A DNA stretch of 64,000 bases from Klebsormidium nitens (lineage: Eukaryota; Plantae; Klebsormidiophyceae), in assembly GCA_000708835.1 (NCBI GenBank), contig DF237148.1, positions 62,001 through 126,000 on the forward strand, given 5' to 3'. Below the pieces are notes generated by a model. It was not told the DNA's origin. It did not search any database and saw only the letters and a program-made list of their open reading frames with translations. Every line of letters begins with the position of its first letter. Position 1 is the stretch's first letter. The position numbers and the translations under genes were made by a program. This document shows, in pieces, positions 23,083-34,984 of this stretch.

Positions 23083-26000
23083 TTATTTGTCAAACCAGAA
23101 CTTCCTACAATTCTCAGCCCCGCACCGGCACTGCACCCGGCCGTCTGCCGTCGTGTCCGCGGAGTTGAACGGCTGACCGGTGCCGTCGAGGAGATTGTAG
23201 TCCCACGTGAGCTCCTCGCCAATCTGGATGCGACGTTTCGCGCGCAGCAACGCGCCCGGGGGACCGTCGTTCCCCCACGGGTTGTGCGGGGAACCGCACC
23301 TGATCATGACGAGGTCCAGGTTGCCGCCGTCACAGGAGTGGTTGAACTGCACAGGACGGCCAGAGACGGTTCGGTCAACACGCAACGAGAGATCCAATGC
23401 GTAGAAGCACAAATCAGACAAGATAACCGACGAGCGGCTTTTAAAGAACGTGCAGACTGCCCAACAGCTGCCTGCCTGATAAATGCAGGGCGCAAGACTC
23501 GACTGCAAGATACTTCTATTTCAAATCCAACCAGCAGTTTCAGGAAAGGATCCGGCAAAGGAACGCCCAAAACAGCAACGGAAGTTTCCTTCGGCGTCTG
23601 ACTGCCTTCAGAAAGGCAGAGAGAGACTTAAAGTCCTTGACCGGCTTCAACCAAAAGCACTAAAGTCGGCCTGCACCGTTCTTTCTAATGGTGCGGAAGA
23701 CCTGAAGCTTAGCCTTAATGTTGCAGGACCAGGATTATTGACAGAGTGGCCTGTACGTTTGTCAATTTGAGTCCCTGTTTGATCCAATCTTGATTGACAT
23801 CCGTACTCGTGGTCCTTATGAGAACTCGGAATCTGCCGGAACATGCTGAAAGCCGACCGTCAAGCTGTCCGAGCGAAACAGAAGAGCAAGAAACACTTGA
23901 TCCCCAATATGATCCTTCGCTATCAGGTATGACATTGTCAGGTTCAACGGACAAGCGCCCTCTACTCGTTACACCCTGAAAGTGAAAAACAAAAGCTACA
24001 CCACGAGCGAGCCCTGGCGACTTACAAAGCGGGTGACATTCCCCGCCTGGGTCTGGTCCACAGAGTACTTGGGCGCCAGCTGGGTGACGTAGCAGGGCAG
24101 ACGCCGCTGGCGATATGACACCTGGCGGTTCTCCAGGTCATCCTTGTGCACCACCTGTGACCCGGACGTCTTTGTTAGTTGAACCCTTTCAGGTTGGTCG
24201 AACGGGCTGTGGTGTGCCATTCACAGGCAACTCTGATCTCGTCATTGACGTAACCGCACAGCATCAATAAAGCAAAGCCGAGTAGATCCGCAGGCGCCCT
24301 TCTGGTCGTACTTGGATGAAAGCAGGAAATAACATGAGAGGAGTACAAGATGCGCAGAAACGCACATGCACCGGTCACGGATGAGCAGAATCTGCAACCC
24401 TGCGCAAACACGATCTCGGAACCTCCACCGTGCCCAACCAAAAGCAGTCAGCCTCTTCACTACTGCCTTGTCGGCAAAATCGAAGGGCAAACACCTCGCC
24501 ACCAGGTTCTCAACAGCAAACGGCCCTCACCTCGCCGCACATCTCAGCGATGACGTCACCCGCCTGGATGACCTCCAGCGCGCGTGCCCCCAGACCCTTC
24601 GGCCCCGCGTCGCACACGCGGAGCCGCTTCAGCGCGCCTTTCTTCAGAAACCGGTCCGCAACGCACCCCTTCCCAAACTGCTCTTGCAGGTCCGCGTCCC
24701 GAGTGCATTTACACTTGCACTTGCACTTGGTCGCACACCGGCATTCGCGCGGGGTCCACTCCTTCCGCTCCCGCGGGACGCACAGGCACGCGCCGCGTTT
24801 CGTGGAATTAGGTCCCGGGATGATGCACTTACTGGAGCTGCACGGCACGTGGTTCGGGTACGAGTTCTCGGGCCAGTAGCGGAACATCTGCGCGTCGAGG
24901 CGCCGCTTCGCGGGGAGCTCCACCTCCACGTTCGGCTCGAAGAAAAACACCTCGACATCCGCGAACGGTGAACCGCCCCCGTATAAAGCAGCCCCCGGAT
25001 TGCTTGGCTCCGGACCTTGCTGAGGCGCCGTACCAGGTGCGTCGTCGTCTGTTTCTTCCTCCTGGTAACTCGATCCGGACGGCCTCCGTTCCGCCCAGCC
25101 GGCTGACGAAGACCGCTCCCTTTCGGACGCATCCCAACGCCTCTCAGACTCTCGGACGTCCGCGACTCCGTCCGAACTTCCGGCCAATTCTTCCTCGCGC
25201 CCCGAGCCTCCGGAAGGGGGGGTCAAACGCCCGTTGAAAAAGGCATCGAGGGGCCCCCCGCGAAACGGCGCCTCCTCCTTCTGAATCATGTCCGTCACGT
25301 TCAACCTAGGCGCCGACTTCACCGCAAACACCGCCTTCCGCTTCGGCGCCGCGTTGCCGTTCCCCTCGCCACTCCTAGTTCTTTTCATCGCTCTCCCAAT
25401 TGGCTCGTCGCTGCTCACGCCCCGCCCCTCTGCCGAAGAACCGCTGCAAGCCCCCCCCGGACTTCCCCCCATGCTTGCGCTCTCCGCCGTCTCCTCAACA
25501 ATCCGCCTCCGCTTTCCCCCTGGCAACATTGCTTCCCCGTCTCTGCTCCGACTTCGCGCGCCACTCCCTCTCTCATGCTCCAAAGCTGGCTCGCACGTAT
25601 CTTCGTCCGCGTCGGTTGCGCCCGGCCTGAAGGACAGCTCGGACGACGCGTTCCGCTCGACGGCGGGGCTTTCCGCCCCTGTGTTGGGTGGCGGCTCGCT
25701 GTTCTCGGGGAGGCGGATGGGCTCGGCCGGGGGGGTCGCACTAGGCTGCACGTCAATATCCAGACCCGCGGCATCTGCATGAGAATAGGAGGGCGATCTG
25801 TTTTCTGACTGCTCTCTAAGCTACGATGGAGGAAGTGTTGCCGACCAGAACGGGACACAAGCAGTCGTCCTTCGAAAAGCGCCAAGGGTTCACGTGTTGC
25901 CTTTGGATTGCAGCGGAATCAAGCTCAACTGGAATCGGACTCCAATGTTCACTTTTCCGTGCTGGACCTGCGTCGGGCTTGAGAACGATCCGCTGTTTCA

Positions 26001-29000
26001 AAAACGTTGCAATCAGAGCCAGTAAGAAAGGAGCGAAGGACTGCCTCAAAGCAGATCTTCGGTTCTGAGGATAAGTAATGGTAAATCTTGGATGCCAGAA
26101 GCAGATTCTCATGTTGTTAAAGAGGGAAATCCTAACCGTTGGTCTGGCAGTGGAGAGTCTTGGGCATTACATGCTGACAGTGGAGGCACCGACCGGCGCT
26201 TATCCCCTTGGAAGGGCTGCATGCGTAAACCAAAAAGAGCCGTCCCCAGGGTTTCCACCAGGGAGAACCAAAAGTAAAAATGCTTTCCGTGAATGTATTT
26301 AGATGATGCACTCAGAGTGCTGCACACGTTTGCAAGATTGTAAGATTTCTCAGAAAGAGACCTGTTGATTTGTATTCTGTTGCTGCCTGCAGATTGGTTG
26401 CCCTTTCCTTCTTGCTCCGATGTTGCCGTTTGCATTGCTGTTCACTAAAGACGCTGCAGTTTGCATTGCTATATACTGTAGATTTCAACAGTCGGCAAAG
26501 TGCTTGAGCGTGTCACTAGCTGGAGCGTCGGCGAAAACTAGAACAGAATGTTGAACCAGGTACCGACAGACTTAATAATAAGGATACGTCTTCTGAAGCA
26601 AGACCTGTCCCTGACGCCTGACGGCAAGGACAAAGAATGATAACCCTGTTCATGCACTCGTTTCTTGCCTGGATCCGACGGAGTAAACATAAGTCCACCA
26701 ACTGGTTCCTGCATTCCTGGTACCTCAGCTTTCGTATCATCCTGGCCAATTTGAGCAACGACTTTTCGAAAAGGAAGAGAACCAGCAAGGCCCCAAGAAT
26801 CTCACCAGCAGGCAGCTCTTCTCTCAGCCCCGCTACCTCCCGTTTCAACCCCCGCACCAGCTCCAGCAGATCCACCGCCGTGTCACACGCGTTGAGGCGC
26901 CGCTCCCAGCGCCGCCAGAACCCGGGCCGGTCCACTACCTCCGTCGCAACCGACTTGGGCAGCCATCCCAGAAAGTTCCTCAGCTGGTTGAGCGTTCCCG
27001 CCGACCGGACACCCTCCCACTTGTCCGCCCACTGCCCTTTCTTCGGCCCCCGGTACGAGCTCAGCAGATCGTCCCCGAGCGCCGCGAGCTCCCTGCGAAC
27101 AACCACCGGGAGGAGCACCGGCCGACTTCTCCCCCGCTCTAGTTCCCCGTCGTCCCGCTTCTTCAGGATCGTGCGCCCCTGCATGACGCTCGGCTTCTGC
27201 GGAATCGTTGCAAACACCTTCCCCCGGCCGACTTCTGCGCCGCCGACCCCCGGGCCGCCGCCGGCCCTCTTCTGCGCCTCAACGCTACTGAAGAAGTTAC
27301 CCGAACCCAGCTTCGATCTCGAGGGTTTGAGAGTTTTCCTCTCGTTTCCAGGCGGGCCTACATTGCTTGTTTCCCCCAGGGCTCGGTAATCAGTGGCACA
27401 CTTGCCTGCGGTGTAACCACTCGCGCCTGCTGTTCCAGACACCGTGCCGGGAAACGCGGAATCCTCCTCGCGGACTCCGTCAGATGCCGCCGCTGCCGCC
27501 CAAGCGTCTGCTGATCCTGACCCTATAGCATCAGCGCCGTCGTGCTCCTGGGCTGCGACCCCAAGGCTTCCGCTTTCCAGTACTTCCCGTGTCACAATTG
27601 GGGGGGTGCTTCTGTCTGTCCCGCCTCCACCTGAGGACTGCCCGCCTGGCAAGAGCGGCTCGGCTGTTTCTTCCCTCGGGCCTGTCCCCCCAACGCTTCC
27701 AGCAGACCCATCCCTACTAGGCCCAGGGTCTGAATTGCGCCCCTTGCTTCCGCTGGAAGTTGGCCGTTCAGCTGCCACGTCCGAAACCGTCGGACGCTCC
27801 CCGCTTCCCAAACAGTCAGATCGTCCGGCATCTTGGCCCGGCACTGGTTCCCAATCATCATTGCAAGTTCCCGCCCCAAACTCTGCCTTGTTTGCGCGAC
27901 TTTCTCTGATGGATCCGTGGTGTGTTGGTGATGGCACACGCCTTTCCGCCTGCTCGCGTGTCTCTCGCAATCGGTCAGAGAAGCTTGCGCGGCGGCTCTC
28001 CATCCTCCCCCTCTTCGCCAGCCTGTCCGAACTGTCACCACCCACGGGCCGCTTGACAGACCCCGAACTCCCCTTCCCTGTGGCCAGCTTTTCCAGCCTT
28101 TCCAGCCTGGGCTTTGCAAACTCCAGAAACTCTGCTGACGTCCGGCCACCATACAGCGTCGGGGGCACGTCATCAGGCCCAAGCTCCACATTCAGACCAT
28201 CCCTCCACATCTCCTCATCCCCTCGGCTATGATGTCTTGCCCGCTCTGCGCTCTCCCCTGCGCCACCCGTTGCCCTTGTTCGTTCTTCAACCCTCTCCCG
28301 CCGTTGCCTTACCCCTTCAGCCGTCTCCTCTCTAGCGCTGGCCACCCGCTCTGCTTCCCCTTGCGCCACGTTAGATTGCCTCTCCTCGCCCCTCCGATGG
28401 CTCCACCCCCCGCTGCCTTCCCCTGCAACACCCGGGTTCTCACCCTCATCATCGTCCAAAGCGACAACGTCCGCCTCGCGAGCCCTTTCCTGCGCTTCCC
28501 GCCTGTTTGCAGCGCGCTTCGCTCTCAGCCGCTCCGCTCGATCCACTTTCGCCCGCCTCTCTTTCTCATCCTCCTCGTCACTGCTCAGATCCACAACCAG
28601 CCGCGTTTTAAGTGGCCCCCCCTTTTCCCGCGTCTCTTTTCTGCCTAGGGAAAAGCCCTTACCGCCAGCAGCCTCCTCCATCTCAGGTTCAGTCTCTGCT
28701 GCTCCATCCTCCTTCTCCGGCTCCTTCATGTCACCAGAAATGCCCCCCACATCAGCAGCGTTCCCTGTCCCTACGACCCTCGCTGTCTCTCCCTCTTCTT
28801 CCCCCCTCGTCTCAGCTTCTTCTCCACCGCCCGAAGTCACACCCACATCAACAGCCGCCCCACTTCCTTCACACCCGTTTGCCTCCACCTCTTCCTCAAA
28901 GTCTAGATCAATCACCATGCGAGAAACCGCCCCAACCTTCTCTACCCCCTCCGAAACCGAGTCAACACCCTTTCCCCCCTTCTCTTGCCCGGCAGGAGGC

Positions 29001-29634
29001 AACTCGTCTTTCTCCCCCACACGCTGCACCTCCAAAGACTCGCCGCTGTCGTCTTCAACCCTGTGCTTCCCTTTCCGCCGTCTCTCTGCTTCGTATCTCG
29101 CAGAGCTCCCCCCCGAAGCAGTGCTACCCTCTGCAACCCCCTGAGCATCCCCCCTTTCATCACCTCCCCCTTCGCCCTCCCTTTCCTCTCCCCTCCTTTA
29201 CCCCNCTCTCCCCTCCTACTCCCACTCNCCTCTCTGCCGTCCTTCCCCCGTGTCCAGGCAACGGTCATCCGTTGCGACACCAGTCGCTGCCTCTCGNNNN
29301 NNNNNNNNNNNNNNNNCCTATCCCCACCTGCCTCTCTGCCGTCTTCCCCCCCGTTGTCCCAGGCAAAGGCATCCGTTGTCGGCAACCAGTCGCTGTCCTC
29401 TCTTTGAAACAATCTGGTGCGAACTGCAGCTCTCTGAGGCTGTGCCACTCTCTGAGGCATCCGCGCCGGACTCAGACTCCTCCTGACGTCCACTTCTGGA
29501 ACATCTGGGACTAGGTTATTTATCAACTTTTCGATCTCAGCATCTAGCACAGGGTCTGGGGCCCTCGTGTCGTTGCTTCCGGAAGACAATGCGGGACGTG
29601 CCCTAAGGGGCCTGTAAGGAGACTCAACATCCAT
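23083..29634 (-). CDS. SET-domain histone lysine methyltransferase (AWS-like/SET/post-SET, ASH1/SET2-like) with long disordered N-terminus, ~1490 aa
   Basis: Exons 29634-29328, 29130-26806 (contains the 839-aa ORF), ~26610-26588 (uncertain), 26216-26137, 25992-25901 (GC donor), 25774-24531, 24154-24026, 23346-23083; phases chain. Motifs: KGLGARALEVIQAGDVIAEMCGEV, GNVTRFFNHSCDGGN, IQIGEELTWDY, post-SET CRCGAENCR. The SET part is certain; joining to the 26.5-29.6 kb ORFs is inferred from splice phases. Confidence 0.8.
29297..29316. other. Assembly gap (20 N) plus single Ns at 29205 and 29228, in SET gene intron 1
   Basis: N characters within a low-complexity C/T-rich tract. Confidence 0.99.
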
Positions 29635-30599
29635 CGTACTGTGCGCGTTGAGACCTCTGAGTCTTCGTCACAAGGCCTTCTCGGAGGTTACCGAGATGCT
29701 GCCACTGCTCGAGTGCGTTGCATGGCATCCAGGGGGTTCAGCGCACAGACCTGTAAAGCAATAAAATGTTTTAGTAGCTGATACGCCAGGCAACTCTTGC
29801 GACATCAATTCTTTAACCAATGCAATTGAGCCCTTTTAACATCACCTCTGGTGGAAGTACAATTCAAGCCCGTGAACCTCTATGTTTCGCATGAGCAATA
29901 TAAGCAAAGAACATGAGCCAACAGTTTCAGGGGCTCAGGTTCCTCCTTGACAGTACTGCCCCCAATCTGCCAGTGTTTTTAAAGTGTTACACAGACAGTT
30001 CAGGGCTCTTCTGTCAGCGATATTGTCGTCCTTATCTCTTGACTTTCACAAAGTGAAGGGTAACTTTCGCAGCCAAGGGTAACTCAGCCTCCAGCTAGCA
30101 AGTGGATATACCAAAACCAAGGATGTGGTTTCTGGAAGTTCCTTTCCTGCATTCAAATCAGGTGATCCTTCCAAGTAACCTGTCAATCCTGCAACTCGAA
30201 AGCGCAACCAGCTCGTAACCACTCAGAGTTCAGCAATGGCCGTCGTGACCAGTTCTATGAGCCTGCCCACAATAAACAGGCTGGCTCTTACCTCTTTTAC
30301 CCTGCATGTCCCCACATTATCTTCATCCTTCCATGTTGCGGCACAGCAGAGAGGCCTGCGCTTCAAACGCGCCGCAGAAGGCCCTCAAGTGCTTAATAAT
30401 AGCACATCTGGACACCAAGGCCTTCTATCACTGCCAGAAACACGAACTAATATGTGCAAGAGCGCGCCACAGCTGGGCATGAGCCCCCCTGCACTGCTCT
30501 GAGTCTTTGCAAATGCAGAGAGCCTGTGTTCAGCTGGGACAGAGTACGTACACATGAATATTCTACCAATTCCTAAAACACCGTTTCGACGTTACAGCT

Positions 30600-30870
30600 G
30601 AGACTTTTTTATCGAGGTTCGGCGGCTTCGATTCGAAGTACTCAAAGTCGCTACAGCCTGCGTTTTACAGTAAAGGTCGTAGCAGCGTCGAAAGTCTGGG
30701 ACGGGACAGAATCACTTTTGCTCGGCGTCGAACTTCGACACTCACTAAGCTCGAAAGAAATTGCTCGAACAAATCCGCTGATTAATTTTCACAGTCGTCC
30801 CTTCTCCTCCATGGTGCATACGCAGCAGATAGCAGGCTGTCTCATGCATGGCCCAGCATCGTCTCCCAAC
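30600..30870. promoter_or_regulatory. Putative bidirectional promoter between SET gene (-) and ANKZF1 pseudogene (+)
   Basis: Lies between divergent gene starts; palindromes cttcgattcgaag (30626-30638) and gtcgaacttcgac (30727-30739) are identical in copy 2. Confidence 0.45.
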
Positions 30871-30871
30871 A

Positions 30872-31770
30872 ATGGCGCCCAAAGCTGCTGTTCCCAGGGC
30901 TTCAGAGCAAGCGGTTCCTGGTGACATCTTCCAGCTGACTCACAGCTTTCTAAGCGGTGTTGCTGTGTTTGAGCCGAGAGGGATCAGCGAGGATCAAACA
31001 TGCGTCACTTTTGACGCAGAGTCGCAGACGTTCAATGCCAACCAATGAGACTGGGGGAAGGCTCGGTGGTGCAGACTCTGCCAAAAGCTCAGCTGCTTAG
31101 AATCATAAGCTGCTGGAGTCTGCAGTGGTGTTGGAGAATGCGCCTCGTGATCAGCAAGAAGCACAGGAGTCCACTTCTAAGGAAGTTACAAGCGATGGTC
31201 ACGAGTCACGCAAAATGGTGATTTGAAGGGGGTCACAGGGGCAGGTCAGGAGAAAGGCGAAGAGAAGGGCGCGGAGATGGGCAAGTGGTCGTGCATTGGT
31301 TGTGGGAAGGTCGCCTTTGAATCCTTGGAGGAGCAGCGGGCACACTATCGGTCTGATTGACATCGTCTGAATGTGAGTGGAAGGGGACGAACTGTTCAGC
31401 ATCCTGTGGCACAATAGTAGCCTGTGGTAAATCTTCGCTAGGTTGCTGTAGCAATGATGGAAACATATCAGAACTATGGTGGCATTAAGTAGGCCAGGTC
31501 TGTCATTTTCAGACTGATCACATAGTGGTGGTTGTTTGCGAAACTTTACGAGACCAGCAAAGCATGTACATATGCAGAACCTGTTTTCTCAAAGCTCATA
31601 CACCATCAAGCGTGTCCACATCTTCTCACCAGGTGAAGCGCCGCCTTGGTCATAAGGACCCTCTTTCTCTGGAGAGTTTTGAGTCGATGGTAGAAGAGGG
31701 GCCGAACAGCGACATTGAGAGCATATCTGGCTCGGAAAGTGAGGACGAAGCTGAAAGAAGCGGGGCAAAG
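30872..31770 (+). pseudogene. 5' pseudogene copy of ANKZF1/Vms1 (exons 1-2 only)
   Basis: Starts MAPKAAVPRASEQAVPGDIFQLTHSFLSGVAVFEP like 38434; frameshift gives TGA at 31046-31048; zinc-finger Trp codon is TGA (31358-31360, YRSD*HRLN); exon-2 copy at 31633-31770; later exons absent. Confidence 0.9.
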
Positions 31771-32298
31771 GTGGGTGCTAGCACTATATGGTCAGTCAGT
31801 GTGGCGTGGTTACAAAGGCCTGCAATCATGTTTGCGCACGTATCAAATGTTCTGCAGATTGTGTAATCTAGGATATACGACATTGGACTTTTCGACTCAG
31901 GCATGGCCTCCAAAAGGCTGCGTCGAGTGGCCTTGTTGCTGTTCAAGGTTTGACAGAGGCGACATGACTCAGTTGTCTCCTGCTTCACCTTTGAATTTCA
32001 CTTTTGAGAGGGTTGCTCTCCAGCCATCCTTATCTGATCTGGTCTAACATCAGGGTTTTTCACTTTCAAGGATTCCCTCCTGACCTGCCTCTGTTGATCA
32101 GCCCTTTTAGCTGCAGGCGCACAATGGAGAAGCAACCGGTTCTTGTGATTCTGATTCAGATTGCACTGGCTAGTCGGCTTCTGTTTCTAGCTCTTCGCAT
32201 CCAAGATAAACTTGCTGTGTCCTTTGAAGTTTCGGGGCCACTAATCTGGTACATTTGCCTTGTTTTCATTTGCTGTTGATCAATGATAGCCTCTGCAG

Positions 32299-33545
32299 AT
32301 TGATGCCAGCAGAGAAGGGCCCACAACCTCGAGTACTGATGCCAAGAAGCCGAGCATGACACCATCTGAGGGGGGCAGCGGGGGGATCAAGAGCCCAACC
32401 GAGCTGGGTATGAATATCTACTGCCCCTTTCTTTGTAGTATTGACGCTGCGCCCACGTTGAGCCTTAAAACCCTTCTGCTGCCTGACATCTCAAACTTTC
32501 CAGAATGCATTGAAAAACAGGAGTGCAAGCCAGCATTGAAAGTATCTACATCTACACCTACAGCTGAGTCCTGTTCAAGAAGCAAGCAGTAGAATTTCGA
32601 AGCAGTAAAAATGTGTCACGCTGTCCGCTACTTTCAAGGCCCTGACGCTGGCCCCAGAGTTGGTCATTTAAAGGGATGAGGTTCTCCAGTAGCAGTAGGT
32701 TGACTGCTGGTTATTCCTTTCAGGGGAAAAGAATCCGTCCACCAGCGATCCCAAAGAGGTCACTAGGTACCGCAAAATGACTCGGGCTGATTTTCCAAGG
32801 AGGTGGCCCCGCAACCTGCCGTTCGAGGACGAGGCGGAGTACGACAAGTACGTCGCGAAGTTCATTGGAGTGGAGTAAGTTACTTCTCATAACAAATTAT
32901 ACTGCTGACACATGTGTACCCATACTGCACATCGCAGCCTCTTCAGGGCTTTGCCTTTTGTTGTTTCCATCCCTCAAGTGCCTAGAAGTGTTGAAAGGAG
33001 GCTGTAAGCTGAGCTACTCAAGTAAGGTGCGTGGGCCACTCATTTGTTATGGGCAACATGCTGAGGTTTTTCCGGATCTGGTTTGACGAGCAGACATTGT
33101 GCCATGGTGTTGGGCTGGGGAAGTGGATGTGTTTGAAATTGCAAGTAGCAGAAATTCTTTGGTACGCTTTGAAATCAATGGGTTGCCGAAGGTCATCATG
33201 ACTTGTCCATCGAGTGCCCACCACTTTATGTTGACAATAGTGTATTCGCTCTCTGGAGGAGGGCACATCAAAGGGTTGTGGGAGTGAGCGTTGTCTTGAA
33301 ACTCATTGCATGGCATCAGATCGATCCAAGAAGAAGGAACCTTCTCATAGGGCTAATGTTGAAAATTTGTCTTGTTTCGAATGAATCTACACAGCTCGTT
33401 TTACAGCTCTTCGCTTATTACAGTCAATCAAAAACTTATTTGTTGTTTGCAGATTTCCCATGACAGACAAGAAGAATGAAGAGGCTAGGAAGGTTGGCTT
33501 TCGGGACCGCGTACACGAGCTGGCTATGCGACTCCTTGATGAAAG
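32299..33545 (+). CDS. Orphan spliced gene A (internal exons), product unknown
   Basis: Three canonical, phase-consistent exons 32299-32407, 32724-32874, 33453-33545: IDASREGPTTSS...KEVTRYRKMTRADFPRRWPRNLPFEDEAEYDKYVAKFIGVEFPMTDKKNEEARKVGFRDRVHELAMRLLDE. First and last exons uncertain. Confidence 0.5.
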
Positions 33546-34984
33546 GTAATGCTGTCTACACAGGACCAGCGTGAGAGAATGCAAGATGGCTTTTGCTTGT
33601 GGGCATCTTAACCTTGTGCGGAGTAGTCTGTAACTTGAATCGACCAATAGACATCTTGAGTGGTTGTTGGCATTTGATGCCGCATACAAGCCTTTCAAAG
33701 ATTTAGTTTGAAGTGTACATTTTGAAAGTTTACTAAGATGCAAAAAATGTACATATTGATCTTTACAAAGATGCAAATCTTGTAACAGTCGAGACATACT
33801 GCTAGGCTGATCTCAATTAGCTAAACGCGTAGACCTCGTTACTTCATGAGCCTTAGAGCAATTTAGGTCACTGGGTAGCCTATCAGTTGACCCGCAGCAA
33901 ACCTAGCCCCCCGCCCCAATCTGTACAGCTTCCGGTCAGTGGTTGTGTAGGATTCCCTGCAATTGGATGCATGGAAGCTCGTGCCTAACTACTGACGTTA
34001 GTGATGAATAATCACAATACTGATGTACCAATCAACCTGCCGCGGCCGCCCGCCAATCTACACTGTCAAAGCAACTGCAGTCACTAATTTACGTTCATGT
34101 GCCCGACTTTTGGTCCAGTTGTGTGCCAAATAGTCAACGCGACCATGCGGCGTTTGCTGCACAAGATGCCGCAGATCATGCACGAATCATATGCAGCCAT
34201 GGCTGCATGAGACCTATGATTATAGATAATTGCATGTATACAAATACGTACAACAATCATCCATGGTGGCCGGCGGCCAACACCATTTGATACCTATAAT
34301 TTATGTGTTCAATAATTCATGCATCTATGCAGCTGGTATATGTACGTCTATCTAGGATCGTCTTTGAATGATCGCGCAGGTGTGTAAGGTGCCACGAGGG
34401 CCCTTCAGTGTAATGCTCGATCAGACATACATCAACTCATAATTGATTCAAGTAATCAATCATTGCTGCAAAAACGGGTCATTCTGTCCATGATCAAAGC
34501 ATGGTGTTTAAACACTCATACAAAGTTGGCTGTCTTCACTGTCTCGGACCTTCATGGCAAGCAATCAGAGTCCAGATGAAAGGAGACAATGTATGCGTAA
34601 GTACTTGCTTGACTCTTAAGGGGCCGCATGCGCTCGTACAGCTCACGGCTGCCCTCAAAACTTGAGTTTACAAGTTGACACTGCTATCGCTTTGTTCCAT
34701 CCGGCCCTTCCATGTATGCATCATTTTGTGACCCGACCAATCTCTTTAATGACATGCTACGCTACAACATAGAAACAGACATCATTCCAGCACAACGAAC
34801 ACCTCAGGCCTCGAGGCCGGGCCGCTCCTTTACTCCTAGAAATGCTACACTATGATGTACCCCTGAACTTCGTTTCCTCCAAAGCCAACCGGGCCTCCCT
34901 TTCTATCTCCTCCAACCCCAAACGCATAAGTCTACCCTCCGGAGAATACACGCCGAGTGCCTGGAAGAGGTCCAACATTAAACG

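Larger units (their letters stand above)
25383..32030. repeat. Segmental duplication, copy 1 (blocks ~25383-26235 and ~30090-32030)
   Basis: Co-linear similarity to ~36746-37590 and ~37630-39570, e.g. MQPSATPPAEPIRLPENSEPPPNTG and MAPKAAVP occur in both copies. Confidence 0.92.

Noticed and set aside
29215-29395. Apparent tandem duplicate of the end of SET exon 1
   Set aside because: The two copies flank a 20-N gap and the degenerate one contains Ns, so it is most likely an unmerged low-quality read overlap.
26637-29514. Long plus-strand ORFs (250, 262, 139, 300 aa)
   Set aside because: Antisense shadows of the GC-rich, purine-skewed SET exon 2, with low-complexity Ser/Pro translation.
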